Source of the DNA: an uncultured Alistipes sp.
Lineage (GTDB): Bacteria; Bacteroidota; Bacteroidia; Bacteroidales; Rikenellaceae
Direction of reading: 5' to 3'
DNA: 64,000 bases
Assembly: GCA_904502005.1 (NCBI GenBank)
Contig: CAJGDC010000002.1
Span: 3,916-67,915, forward strand
The position numbers and the translations under genes are program-made. The notes beneath the pieces were generated by a model that was not told the DNA's origin, made no database searches, and worked only from the letters and a program-made list of their open reading frames with translations. Position 1 is the stretch's first letter. Each line of letters begins with the position of its first letter. This document shows, piece after piece, positions 19,086 through 30,247 of the stretch.

Positions 19086-19565
19086 CTATTCCTTATAAAT
19101 TAACGCAACAGCCGTAGCAGAGACACCCTTCTCCTCACCTTCGAAACCCAAATGTTCGGTAGTCGTCGCCTTGACTGATACAGATTCAACATCAACACCT
19201 ATGCACTGCGCAATTATCGTGCGCATAGCATCTATATATGGTCGCAACTTAGGTCGTTGCATTGCCACTGTAACATCTACATTACCAACCTTATACCCCA
19301 ACTGAGCAAGCAGAAAGACGACCCTCTTAAGGAGCAAAGTAGAGTCAATACCCTTAAACTCTGCAGAGCTATCAGGAAAGTGTTTTCCAATATCTCCCAA
19401 AGCCGCTGCACCCAGTAGTGCATCACAGAGTGCATGAATCAACACATCACCATCAGAGTGAGCTATACACCCCTTAGTATGAGGAATATCCACCCCACCC
19501 AACACAAGCCTAAGCCCTTCGCCTAGAGCATGTACATCATATCCGTGACCTATTCTGAAATTCAT
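19086..19565 (-). CDS. ispF: 2-C-methyl-D-erythritol 2,4-cyclodiphosphate synthase
   Basis: MNFRIGHGYDVH, HSDGDVLIHALCDA, VKATTTE; likely start 19565. Confidence 0.97.
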   Translation of the reverse strand: MNFRIGHGYDVHALGEGLRLVLGGVDIPHTKGCIAHSDGDVLIHALCDALLGAAALGDIGKHFPDSSAEFKGIDSTLLLKRVVFLLAQLGYKVGNVDVTVAMQRPKLRPYIDAMRTIIAQCIGVDVESVSVKATTTEHLGFEGEEKGVSATAVALIYKE

Positions 19566-19566
19566 A

Positions 19567-20859
19567 CTATATAAATATATATTTGAGTACAAAGAGTATT
19601 GCGAGAATATACATTGCAGGGGTAATCTTACTAAACTTACCACAAATCATATTCATCACCACATAGGAAATCATACCAAGCAGAATACCGTTTGAAATTG
19701 AGTATGACAGTGGCATCATCACAATACAAACGAACGCCGGAATAGCCTCCGAGAAGTCGTCAAACGGAATCTTCACAATAGGTTCCATCATCAGCAGACC
19801 CACGATAATAAGCGCAGGGGCTGTCGCAGCTGCAGGTATCGAGAGGAAGAGCGGCGAGAAGAATAGCGACACAGCAAAGCAGAGTGCCACAGAGAATGCA
19901 GTAAGACCCGAACGACCACCCTGAGCCACGCCTGCCGCACTCTCTACATATGTTGTAGTTGTAGATGTGCCGAGCATTGCGCCAGCTGTTGTTGCAATAG
20001 CATCTGCCATAAACGCCTGCTTAAGGCGGTGGATATCTCCCTTCTCATCAACCATATGCGACTTCGTACACACACCAATAAGTGTACCTACTGTATCAAA
20101 CATATCGATAAAGAAGAAGGTAAAGACAATTATCAGCATATCCATCGTAAAGATATTCTCAAACTCAAACTGACAGCAGATTGAGCTGATAGACTCAGGC
20201 TTTGAGAGTACGCCCTTAAACTCTGTAACTCCCATCGGAATACCAATAAGCATTGTAATAAGAATACCTATAAGGATTGCGCCAGGAACATTACGCATAT
20301 ACAGAAAGCCCGTGATTAGCAGTCCAATAAGGGCGAGCAGTGCAGAGCCAGAGGTTATATCGCCAAGAGCGACGAGCGTGGCCTCGTTGTTCACAATTAC
20401 GCCGGCGCTATTAAAACCGATAAATGTGATAAAGAGTCCAATACCTACACCAATGGCTTTACGAAGATTAAGAGGTATCGCTTCTACAATCTTTTCACGG
20501 ACATTTGTGATGGTAAGAAGTATAAAAATTATACCCTCAATAAGCACTGCCGTCAATGCAAACTGCCAGCTATAGCCCATACCCATACATACGCTATAGA
20601 CAAAAAAGGCATTCAGTCCCATTCCCGGAGCGAGTCCAAATGGAAGCTTACCCAAAAATGCCATTGCCAGACAGCCGACAATTGCAGCTAACGCTGTAGC
20701 AGTAAAGACCGCACCACTAGACATCCCATCCAGTAGACTAAACATTGCAGGATTAACAGCAAGGATGTATGACATTGTGAGGAATGTTGTTATTCCTGCC
20801 AAAATCTCCGTTCTAATAGTTGTTTGCGATGGGTCAAATCCAAATAATTTAGCAAGCAT
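19567..20859 (-). CDS. NCS2/AzgA-family purine permease
   Basis: EILAGITTFLTMSYILAVNP, APGMGLNAFF, YVESAAGVAQGGRSGLT. Confidence 0.92.
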   Translation of the reverse strand: MLAKLFGFDPSQTTIRTEILAGITTFLTMSYILAVNPAMFSLLDGMSSGAVFTATALAAIVGCLAMAFLGKLPFGLAPGMGLNAFFVYSVCMGMGYSWQFALTAVLIEGIIFILLTITNVREKIVEAIPLNLRKAIGVGIGLFITFIGFNSAGVIVNNEATLVALGDITSGSALLALIGLLITGFLYMRNVPGAILIGILITMLIGIPMGVTEFKGVLSKPESISSICCQFEFENIFTMDMLIIVFTFFFIDMFDTVGTLIGVCTKSHMVDEKGDIHRLKQAFMADAIATTAGAMLGTSTTTTYVESAAGVAQGGRSGLTAFSVALCFAVSLFFSPLFLSIPAAATAPALIIVGLLMMEPIVKIPFDDFSEAIPAFVCIVMMPLSYSISNGILLGMISYVVMNMICGKFSKITPAMYILAILFVLKYIFI

Positions 20860-20969
20860 TATCAATTTATGTTGATAGTAGTTATAAATTTAGGCAAATA
20901 TAACAATAAGAAAGTAAAATAACAAATAGAAAAATAGACTCTATACAACTGCGAATAGCGATAACAATC

Positions 20970-21011
20970 AAAAAAGAGGTTGTTCAACAGCAACGAAGAA
21001 CAACCTCTTTT
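20970..21011 (-). terminator. Terminator after the phosphoesterase lipoprotein
   Basis: aaagaggttgttc/gaacaacctcttt stem with an upstream A run. Confidence 0.7.
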
Positions 21012-21028
21012 ATGGTGGCATCAAAATA

Positions 21029-24000
21029 TTACTTCACCAATGAATAGTCGTAATCGCCTGTAATTGTAGATGTTGAGTAGGTTCTACCGAAGCGGTCAGT
21101 AGCCTCAACACGAACTGCAGCATTCTTATTCTTCAATGTATATTTATACATATTGAAGGCATTAGTGAGGTAGTTTGCACGTGTTCCACCGACGTGACCA
21201 CGACCCACGACACCGATATGGTAGCCGATTGCCCACCAGTCCTGACTTGATGATGTAGATGGTTTTGTTGGGTTGCTCTCACTTGTACCTGCGCTTGGAG
21301 AAGACTTCTTATTTGGAATACGAGTCATCGTACCTGAGTAGACTCCATCCTCATAAACCTTTACAGTCCAGCTGTTATCGGTATTAAAGACATTTGCAAG
21401 CAACACGCCATCTCCGTGCTGTAGTGCAATATACTCATGAGGACCACCGCACTTCAGGTTACCACGGTAGAGGCGAATCTGGTAATCACGGTCGTTCATG
21501 CCGTTATTAACGCCCTTGTAATACCAATTCTTGATAGTATTACCCTCAATATCGTACACTCCATATCCATTTGGACTACCATCACCATTAACCTTAGAGT
21601 ACCACCAAGTACCGCAAACTGCAGCGTGAACGTGCTCATACACTCCGCCAGAGAGGGTCGGCTCGTTACGCATATAGTGTGTATGGCCCGACATAATATG
21701 AGCCTCCTTATACTGCTTGAGCAGAGCAATAACCTTCTGAACATTCTGATTACTTGAGTTTGTAAGCGGAATATGCACACAGAAGATAACAAGCTTATCC
21801 TTAGGTACAAAGCTCAAATCCTGCTTAAGCCACTCATACTGCTCGTCTGTAAACTTCATTGAGTAGTCACTAGCGCTAGTAGTGCTATTCCACTGCATAT
21901 TACGCATACACACAATATGCGCATCACCACGATTCCAAGAGTGATTTATCGGACCAAAAACATCCTCAAAGACACGCTGAGCCTTGATATTATATGTAGA
22001 CGAAGTTTCATCTGCAGAGATTGGTTGACCAGACTTAAAATAGGTATAATCGTGATTTCCCATAGTCTGATATATAGGCATACCGATGTTATCTTTTGAC
22101 ATATGAGTACGAAGATGCGGCATCTGAGCTTCGCAGTTACGGCTACCTTCAGAATATGTCACATCACCCAGGGTGACGCCATAGCAAGGATTATCCTTAG
22201 TCGCAGAGTGAGCCTTAATATCTGGCACACACTCATTATTGAAACGATTACGGTGGGTTGCATCCTTACACTGTGGATCGGCAAGACAGAAGAGTGAGAA
22301 CTTATTCTCCTTACCACCAGCAAGCTTTGTAAGGGTAAAATTATAGACTGTCTTGGTCTTGCTATACTTTGTAAAGAATGCAGGCTGACCGTAGTTATTT
22401 GTAAGCACCTGACAATCTTAAGGTATTGAATAGTAGATATACCATGCATCGCTATGTGGCTCAATGGTATATGTTCCATCGGCAGCAGTTTGAACAACTG
22501 TATATCCATCTGAAACACTAACACCAGCAGCTGGGGTACCATCATTGTAAGTAATTGTACCTGTTGCCATTGGTACAGCAGGAGCATCCTCAAGAGCTGT
22601 TACAAAGACACGAATATCATCCAAGAACATTCGGTTTGTTGCATCCGCAGCAAGTGCACCACCCAACGCAACTGAAGAACCAGAAGGTACGCCTGTAAGA
22701 GTTACGGTATACTCCTTCCAATCAGAGACATAGTCACCCTCAACAGTTAGATGCTCTTCATCTGCTACAGCCTTATATGACAACACATTATCGCTTGCAA
22801 TAGTAGCACCAGTGAGGGCCTTTACTGCCATATATCGCTCCTCTGTATACTTCTCTACTGTCAGCAAATCGTTTGCTCCGTATGGAGCTGCATTAAAGAC
22901 AACCTTAAGAGTTGCAAGTTTGCCCTTTGGAATAGAGTTTAACACTGGAGTACAAACAAACGCACGGTTTGCTGTTGTACCAATCTTCAAGAAACCAGAG
23001 CGAGCACAAATAGCACCAGCTTTGCTTCCAATCCAACCCCAATCCTTAACACCCATCTCGTCAATAAGGCCACCAAGAGTGTTAAACAGGCCAATCTCAG
23101 TTCCACCGTCTACAGTATAGTAACCACTGTTGCTTGCAGTAATCTCACCCTTAACATCAACGCCGTCAAAAGAGGTCAACTTATTTCGGTCTGTGCGAGA
23201 GATACCCGCAGCACGAGCACCACCCTCACCGGCATAGACAAGACCTGCAAAGTTCTCAAATACAATCATATCGCCCGGCTTTGCATTTGAAGTGACAATA
23301 TTCTTCTTATCTGCAACAGGAGCCTTAGTGGTTATTTGTACTGGTTTAGTATTAGAGTAGTTATCAGTGGTATTTGTAACCTTAGTATAGTAAGTTGTTG
23401 CAGGCTCCAAACCTCCAAAGACAAAGCGAGGTGGGCAAGTTTTCGCATTGAAAAGAGCCTTATTATCAGCCAAGTTCTTCTGTACCGGAGCAACACTAAC
23501 AACAAGATCTGTACATGCCTCGTCACGGTAAAGAGCAACCTTATACTGCTTTGTAATATCTACTGTGTAATCCGCACTCTGATTTGGAATTATCTGATCA
23601 ATATATGGTATATTAGACGCTGTAATTGTCCAACCAATAGCAATTGTAGAGTCTGTAACTCTCACGGCACGAACATTGAGTTTATCATCTACCTCTGGTT
23701 CTGGATCCGGATCTGGCTGAGGAATTGAACTTCCTAAGCTGTAATAGTACTCGCCCGACTGAATCTTCTCCAAATTGTTCACCTCAGTAAATTTCTCAAC
23801 CGAAAGTTCCACCTTCTGCACCTGTCCCGCCTCAAACTTCTCAGGTGTATGACAGAACGTATAGACACCCTCGTCTGTTAGCACAGCAAATGTAACCTTA
23901 CCATCAGCACTCTTAAGGTCTACAGCTGCTATAGATGCCCAACCAGTTGCATTCTTTCCCTTTACACGTGACTGATAGTTAAGCACAAGGTTCTTTGTAT

Positions 24001-24613
24001 CCAGGTCACGGATAACACCAGAGCCAAGCTCTATACTTCCCTTACCAGCAATACCAACCTTCTCACTCTCAACGGTTACCGACCAAATCTCTCGCTCCGC
24101 TGGCAGTGTAATATCAAACAACACAACCGCCGCCGCAGGAGATAGTATAAAGTCTGTAGAGCCATTAGCGGATCCAACCAAAACTACCTTATCCTTAACG
24201 TCAGTACCACGTGCTGAGCTATAGTTCTGCTCCGCAGGGATTTTGGCAACCACCTTACCAGAAGATAGCGATACTGCCGATGATGGATATACGGCATATA
24301 GAGTCTCTGCTGAAGGTGCAAACGAGCCTGCAAAGGTACCATTAACACTACCCGCACCACGCTTGATAGTAAACTCTGAACCCTTTGTTAAATCTGTGAT
24401 AGCAATCTTATCCTTAGCACCCCAGAAGGCCGAAAACTCCTCATCACTACCAATTAGCGCACTCACTCGAGTTGAGGCTTCAATCTCAGCTGTCACCTGC
24501 TCAATAACAGTTGGCTCGCCACCAATAGGCGTATCATCAATCTCACCACCACCTGTCTGACACGCCACAAAAGCCGATATGCAAAACAGTAATATTATGC
24601 CAATTTTCTTCAT
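21029..24613 (-). pseudogene. About 1194-codon surface lipoprotein (pilin-like N-terminus, FN3-like region, calcineurin-like metallophosphoesterase) interrupted by one in-frame TAA
   Basis: ORFs 22418-24613 and 21029-22408 share a frame: ...YYSIP-TAA(22418-22420)-DCQVLTNNYGQP; metallophosphoesterase motifs ADPQ, LGD, MGNHD, SGHTH; the paralog at 61931 is continuous here. Confidence 0.8.
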
Positions 24614-24695
24614 AAATAGTATTTTAGATTAAGTGTTTAATTGAGCAAAGGTATAGATAATTTACCATTTTTACAAATTTTCATCCACTCTTGTC

Positions 24696-24936
24696 TGCGG
24701 AGGATACTGGATTGGCTACTGCGCAGGCAAACCTGCTCCGTGACGCCCATCCAGTCCGCTCGCCGCGGAGGCCCTTGCAAACAAGAAATCACATCGCAAA
24801 CGACCCCTGACGGAGTACTTTTTTGTTTTTATGATCATCTGGAGAATAGATTCTCCACTATCCTAAAAACAAAAAAACTTCTGCATTGCAGAAGTCGTTT
24901 GCGGTGAGATTTCACCTTTGCGGAGGATACTGGATT
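24696..24936. mobile_element. ORF-less structured insert flanked by an 18-bp duplication of the tRNA-Ser 3' end (att-like)
   Basis: tgcggaggatactggatt at 24696-24713 and 24919-24936, with nested inverted repeats between. Confidence 0.6.
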
Positions 24937-25007
24937 CGAACCAGTGGATACCTTACGATATCGGCAGTTTAGCAAACTGCTGGTTTAAGCCACTCACCCA
25001 ACCCTCC
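24921..25007 (-). tRNA. tRNA-Ser(GCT)
   Basis: Reverse complement GGAGGGTTGGGTGAGTGG...GCAGT-TT-GCT-AA-ACTGC, long variable arm, GGTTCGAATCC...CCTCCG. Confidence 0.95.
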
Positions 25008-25159
25008 TGATATGTTTTTCAATAACGTGGCACAAAAGTACTCTTTTTTTTTGAATCTCCAAAATTATTTATACTTTTTTTTGAAAAATTAACTTTAACC
25101 GATATTTATACCTTCTATATATAGTATTTTTGGAGAAAAATTTGTATCTTTGCGCGATT

Positions 25160-26608
25160 ATGAACAAGAATAGTGAACAAGATATTTTACAGGACTTAGA
25201 GAGTAGGGAGTATCAGTACGGTTTTACATCCGACATCGAGACTCACCACTTTCCTACGGGCATAAACGAGGATATTGTCCGTGCTATCTCTGCACGCAAA
25301 GGCGAGCCAGGGTGGATGACTGAGTATCGTCTTAAGGCTTTTAAGCATTGGCAGACAATGAGTTTACCAACATGGGCACACCTCAACATCCCAGAGATAG
25401 ATTTTCAGAAGATTATTTACTACGCCGAACCGAAGGTCAAAAAGCCACTTAACTCAATGGACGAGGTTGATCCGGAGCTCAAGCGTACATTTGACAAGCT
25501 CGGCATTCCGCTTGAGGAGCAGATGGCATTGGCAGGTGTGGCAGTAGATGCGGTACTTGACTCTATATCGGTCAAGACCACCTTCCGCGAGACCCTTGCT
25601 CAGAAGGGTATTATCTTCTGTTCGATCTCGGAGGCAATCAAAGAGCACCCCGATTTGGTGCGCAAATATTTGGGCTCTGTTGTAAGTTACGCCGACAACT
25701 TCTATGCAGCACTCAATGCAGCGGTCTTCTCTGACGGTTCATTCTGCTACATTCCAAAGGGTGTGCGTTGTCCAATGGAGTTATCTACCTACTTCCGCAT
25801 CAATGCTCGCGGCACAGGTCAGTTTGAACGTACGCTTATTGTGGCAGACGAGGGGTCGTATGTGAGCTACCTTGAGGGTTGCACAGCTCCGCAGCGCGAT
25901 GAGAATCAGCTTCACGCTGCAGTTGTAGAGATTATCGTAGAGCGCGATGCTGAGGTTAAGTACTCAACGGTACAGAACTGGTATCCAGGCGACAAAGAGG
26001 GACGTGGAGGTGTCTATAACTTCGTCACCAAGCGTGGTATATGTCACGAAAATGCACGTTTGTCATGGACTCAAGTAGAGACCGGTTCGGCAATTACGTG
26101 GAAATACCCAAGCTGTGTGCTTGCAGGTGACAACTCCGTGGGAGAGTTTTACTCTGTAGCGATGACCAACAACTACCAGCAGGCGGATACGGGTACAAAG
26201 ATGATACACCTTGGTCGCAACACTCGCTCGCGTATTGTCTCAAAGGGTATCAGCGCAGGACGAAGCGAAAACTCATACCGTGGACTTGTGAAGATTGGAC
26301 CAAAGGCTGAAAATGCACGCAATTACTCTCAGTGCGACTCGTTGCTTATTGGTGACAAGTGCGGTGCACATACATTCCCGCATATAGATTGCAAGAATCG
26401 CACAGCTATGCTAGAACATGAGGCGACAACCTCTAAAATTTCAGAGGAGCAGCTCTTCTACTGCAACCAGCGCGGAATATCCACCGAGGATGCTGTAGGA
26501 CTTATCGTAAACGGATATGCACGCGAGGTACTTGCAAAGCTTCCGATGGAGTTTGCCGTAGAGGCACAGAAACTACTTGCCATAAGCCTTGAGGGCAGCG
26601 TGGGATAG
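25160..26608 (+). CDS. sufB: Fe-S cluster assembly protein SufB
   Basis: [53 protein letters not shown]. Confidence 0.97.
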   Translation: MNKNSEQDILQDLESREYQYGFTSDIETHHFPTGINEDIVRAISARKGEPGWMTEYRLKAFKHWQTMSLPTWAHLNIPEIDFQKIIYYAEPKVKKPLNSMDEVDPELKRTFDKLGIPLEEQMALAGVAVDAVLDSISVKTTFRETLAQKGIIFCSISEAIKEHPDLVRKYLGSVVSYADNFYAALNAAVFSDGSFCYIPKGVRCPMELSTYFRINARGTGQFERTLIVADEGSYVSYLEGCTAPQRDENQLHAAVVEIIVERDAEVKYSTVQNWYPGDKEGRGGVYNFVTKRGICHENARLSWTQVETGSAITWKYPSCVLAGDNSVGEFYSVAMTNNYQQADTGTKMIHLGRNTRSRIVSKGISAGRSENSYRGLVKIGPKAENARNYSQCDSLLIGDKCGAHTFPHIDCKNRTAMLEHEATTSKISEEQLFYCNQRGISTEDAVGLIVNGYAREVLAKLPMEFAVEAQKLLAISLEGSVG

Positions 26609-26612
26609 CGAG

Positions 26613-26750
26613 CCGTTAGCCATTAGCCATTAGCCTTGTGTAGGAGTCGGTAAACCGACAGGTATAGAGAGTGCTAATAATAAAAGAATTTGAATATTAA
26701 AAAATGGTTGTTGGAAGCCAAAGGCCAACAGCCAATAGCCAAAAGCTAAA
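26613..26750. repeat. Opposed heptamer tandem arrays in the sufB-sufC spacer
   Basis: (gccRtta)x3 at about 26613-26636; (RgcYaaN)x5 at 26716-26750. Confidence 0.7.
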
Positions 26751-26751
26751 T

Positions 26752-27504
26752 ATGTTAAAGATAGAGAATTTACACGCCACAGTAGGCGATAAAGAGATAC
26801 TTCGAGGAATAAACCTTGAGGTTAAGGCGGGTGAGGTTCACGCCATAATGGGACCTAATGGCTCGGGCAAGAGTACTCTTGCATCAGTGCTTGCAGGCAA
26901 TGAGAAATTTACAGTGACTGCGGGTCAAGTGAGCTTTATGGGCGAAAAACTACTGGAGGTGCCTATTGAGGAGCGCGCTCGTATGGGACTATTCCTCGGT
27001 TTTCAGTACCCCGTAGAGATTCCGGGTGTTACAATGGCCAACTTTATGAAGATGGCCGTCAATGAGAAGCGTAAGCATGCTGGCCTTGAGCCTCTTACAG
27101 CATCTGAGTTCCTTAAGATGATGCGTGAGAAGAGCGCTATCGTAGAGCTTGACAGCAAGCTCACTGCTCGTGCCGTAAATGAGGGTTTCTCCGGCGGAGA
27201 GAAGAAGAAGAATGAGATCTTCCAAATGGCTATGCTTGAGCCCAAGCTCGCTATCCTTGACGAGACAGACTCTGGTCTTGATATTGATGCACTGAGAATT
27301 GTTGCAACAGGTGTTACACGTCTTAAGAGTGCAGATAATGCAACCGTAGTAATTACCCACTACCAGCGCCTGCTTGACTATATCGTACCTGATTATGTCC
27401 ATGTGCTCTACAAGGGTAGAATCATATACTCTGGCGATAAGAGTCTTGCGCTGAAGCTTGAGAAGGAGGGTTACGATTGGCTTATAAACGATTACCGTGA
27501 GTAG
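26752..27504 (+). CDS. sufC: Fe-S cluster assembly ATPase SufC
   Basis: GPNGSGKST, VNEGFSGGEKK, ILDETDSGLDIDAL. Confidence 0.97.
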   Translation: MLKIENLHATVGDKEILRGINLEVKAGEVHAIMGPNGSGKSTLASVLAGNEKFTVTAGQVSFMGEKLLEVPIEERARMGLFLGFQYPVEIPGVTMANFMKMAVNEKRKHAGLEPLTASEFLKMMREKSAIVELDSKLTARAVNEGFSGGEKKKNEIFQMAMLEPKLAILDETDSGLDIDALRIVATGVTRLKSADNATVVITHYQRLLDYIVPDYVHVLYKGRIIYSGDKSLALKLEKEGYDWLINDYRE

Positions 27505-27505
27505 T

Positions 27506-28327
27506 ATGACCATTGCTGATTATATATCTTCGGGTGCAATCAAGCCCTACAATGGGGGTGTTATAGATAACAGCATTGACACCTCTGCCCCATTTTTAGC
27601 ACTCAATCCCAAGTTGTTGAACATTGAGCTATGTGCTGGCATAAAGGCACGTTTGATAATTGTCTGCACGGAATCTTCAACTGCATCTGTTGAGATTACT
27701 CTGAATGAGGGTGCTCGGCTTGATGTTGTAGAGCTATATCTTGCTGACAGTCATGTTGCCGTTACTGCCCACCAACACCAAGACTCATCTCTAAACGTCT
27801 TCTCGGCTCTGCTCAGTAGTAGCAATGTTGGTTACACACATCTGCTTGAGGGTCAGCATGCTAACAACACTCTAAATGCGCTGTATATAGCCACCGGTAG
27901 CGACCATGCAACTATAAATCTTAATACACGCCATATGGTTGCTGACTGCACAAGTCGCTCGCTTATCAAGGGTATTGCTGCGCACAAAGCTACAGGAGAG
28001 TTCCGAGGATTGGTATATGTAGCCCCTGATGCGCAGCGTACTGATGCACAGCAACAGAGTCGCAACATAGAGCTTGATAATGCACACATTGTCTCACTAC
28101 CACAACTTGAGATTTACGCCGATGATGTTCGCTGTTCACACGGTTCAACAGTCGGCTATGAGGATAAGGATGCTCTTTTCTACATGCGTCAGAGGGGTAT
28201 TGATGAGGTTACAGCTCGCCGTCTACAGATTGAAGGCTTTATTCAGGATGTAGTTATGCACTGTTCATTAGAGCCTATATGCAGCCTTGTTCGTGATGCT
28301 GTAACTGACAAATTAACAGAGATTTAG
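27506..28327 (+). CDS. sufD: Fe-S cluster assembly protein SufD (short form)
   Basis: PQLEIYADDVRCSHGSTVG...LFYMRQRGI; operon position. Confidence 0.9.
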   Translation: MTIADYISSGAIKPYNGGVIDNSIDTSAPFLALNPKLLNIELCAGIKARLIIVCTESSTASVEITLNEGARLDVVELYLADSHVAVTAHQHQDSSLNVFSALLSSSNVGYTHLLEGQHANNTLNALYIATGSDHATINLNTRHMVADCTSRSLIKGIAAHKATGEFRGLVYVAPDAQRTDAQQQSRNIELDNAHIVSLPQLEIYADDVRCSHGSTVGYEDKDALFYMRQRGIDEVTARRLQIEGFIQDVVMHCSLEPICSLVRDAVTDKLTEI

Positions 28328-28329
28328 AG

Positions 28330-29550
28330 ATGATTAACACAGAGATAATAGAGCGTTTTCGCAGTAACTTTCCAATTCTGCAGAGCAAGGTCTACAACAA
28401 GCCTTTGGTCTACCTTGACAGTGCTGCTACTGCGCAGAAACCACTGCAGGTGCTGGAGTGCGAACAGATGCTCTATACAACTCTTAACGCAAACATCCAT
28501 CGAGGTGTACACTACCTATCTGAACAGATGACAGCTCGCTATGAGCAGGCACGTCAAAGAGTTGCCAACTTTATTGGAGCAAAGAGCACGAGCGAGGTAA
28601 TTTTCACCTCAGGGGCTACAGCCTCTATAAATCTTGTGGCTCAATGTTGGTCAGAGGCATTTCTCAATGCCGGTGACACTATACTCGTTAGTCAGATGGA
28701 GCACCACTCCAATATTGTTCCTTGGCAGATCGCTGCACAGCGAAAGGGTGCTGTTGTAATGGCAATACCAATTACAGAGAGTGGTGAGATAGAGATGGAC
28801 TCTTTTGAGAACATGCTATCTGACAATGTAAAGATGGTTGCTATAACACAAGCTTCCAACACCTTAGGTACACGCCCCGACCTTAACCGCATAATTACCC
28901 TTGCACATGGTGTCGGCGCAAAGGTAATGGTTGATGGCTGTCAGGGCATTGTTCACGGAGGGGTTGATGTCTCAGCTCTCGATTGTGACTTTTATGCATT
29001 TTCGGGCCATAAACTCTACGCACCAACAGGCATTGGAGTCCTTTATGGAAAGAGTGAACTGTTAGACGCAATGCCTCCATTTATGGGTGGCGGAGATATG
29101 GTAGACAAGGTTACTTTTGCGGGTACAACCTATGCACCACTGCCGCTGAAATTTGAGGCAGGTACGGCTAACTTTATTGGCGCAGCAGCTCTGGCTGAGG
29201 CGATAAATTTTGTAGAGGATAATAGCGAACTGAAGGGGTATGAGCACACGCTGCTAACATACGCCACAGAGCAATTGCAGAGCATTGATGGACTAACAAT
29301 ATATGGCACAGCGGGAAATAAAGCTCCGATTATTTGCTTCAATGTTGAGGGATGTAACCACTACGATATGGGAATGATACTCGACAAGATGGGCATTGCA
29401 ATACGTACCGGTCACCACTGCGCACAGCCCGTAATGGATAGATTTGGCGTACCAGGAATGTGCCGAGCTTCATTTGCGTTGTATAATACTATGTCCGAGG
29501 TAGACGCCCTTGTTCAGGGTATTACTAGGGCAGCTAAAATGTTAAGATAA
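28330..29550 (+). CDS. sufS: Cysteine desulfurase SufS
   Basis: YLDSAATAQKP, EHHSNIVPW, FSGHK, RTGHHCAQP. Confidence 0.96.
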   Translation: MINTEIIERFRSNFPILQSKVYNKPLVYLDSAATAQKPLQVLECEQMLYTTLNANIHRGVHYLSEQMTARYEQARQRVANFIGAKSTSEVIFTSGATASINLVAQCWSEAFLNAGDTILVSQMEHHSNIVPWQIAAQRKGAVVMAIPITESGEIEMDSFENMLSDNVKMVAITQASNTLGTRPDLNRIITLAHGVGAKVMVDGCQGIVHGGVDVSALDCDFYAFSGHKLYAPTGIGVLYGKSELLDAMPPFMGGGDMVDKVTFAGTTYAPLPLKFEAGTANFIGAAALAEAINFVEDNSELKGYEHTLLTYATEQLQSIDGLTIYGTAGNKAPIICFNVEGCNHYDMGMILDKMGIAIRTGHHCAQPVMDRFGVPGMCRASFALYNTMSEVDALVQGITRAAKMLR

Positions 29551-29553
29551 ATT

Positions 29554-30246
29554 ATGTTTATAGTACTTGAGGGTCTAGATGGAGCTGGTAAGAGCACCCA
29601 GATTAAGCAGCTAAGAGCGCTACTTAGCCAGCGAGGTATTGAGAGTGAATATGTACACTTTCCTCGTTTTGAGGCTCCAGTTTTTGGTGAGCTTATTGCC
29701 CGTTTTTTGCGCGGTGAGTTAGGTAGCATTGAGAGCGTAGACCCATATATCGTTGCACTTCTTTTTGCTGGTGACAGAGCAGACATGGCACCACAAATCC
29801 GCAAGTGGGAGGCCGAGGGCAAAGTTGTGATTGTAGACCGTTACGTATACTCCAATATTGGTTACCAATGTGCTAAAATTGCAGATGCAGATGGGCAGCA
29901 GAGGCTAAAGAAGTGGATACTTGACACTGAGTATGGATACTACAACATTCCACGTCCGGATCTATCTATCTTCCTTGATGTACCATTCTCATTTACAGCC
30001 AAGTCACTTACTGAGCAGCGCACTGGTGACGATAGAGCTTACCTAAATGGAGGCTCAGATATTCACGAGTCATCACTTGATTTACAGCAGCAAGTACGCA
30101 GAGTTTACCTTGAAGCTGCAGAGGTTGATGAGTCGCTCAAAGTTATTGATTGTAGCAATAGCGAGGGCGGAATGGATAGTCCAGAGGGCATATTCGCCCG
30201 CATAGAGGCGCTTGTATTACCACTTATAAATGCCATAGCAAAATAG
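29554..30246 (+). CDS. tmk: Thymidylate kinase
   Basis: EGLDGAGKSTQ, VDRYVYSN. Confidence 0.95.
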   Translation: MFIVLEGLDGAGKSTQIKQLRALLSQRGIESEYVHFPRFEAPVFGELIARFLRGELGSIESVDPYIVALLFAGDRADMAPQIRKWEAEGKVVIVDRYVYSNIGYQCAKIADADGQQRLKKWILDTEYGYYNIPRPDLSIFLDVPFSFTAKSLTEQRTGDDRAYLNGGSDIHESSLDLQQQVRRVYLEAAEVDESLKVIDCSNSEGGMDSPEGIFARIEALVLPLINAIAK

Positions 30247-30247
30247 T

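Noticed and set aside
19566..19643. N-terminal extensions in the ORF track (ispF; likewise sufB, sufC, typA, LuxC-like)
   Set aside because: They overlap upstream genes, promoters or terminators, and the conserved N-termini begin at downstream ATGs
20860..20965. Purine riboswitch upstream of the NCS2 permease
   Set aside because: The -7 box (TATATTTG on -, about 20895-20902) is only about 35 nt from the start, and the region is AT-rich with no aptamer-like stems
24641..24907. 88-aa ORF over the tRNA-adjacent element
   Set aside because: TTG start, overlaps palindromic non-coding structure, and has no protein-like motif
26609..26751. CRISPR array
   Set aside because: Repeats are contiguous 7-mers without spacers, and no cas genes are in the window
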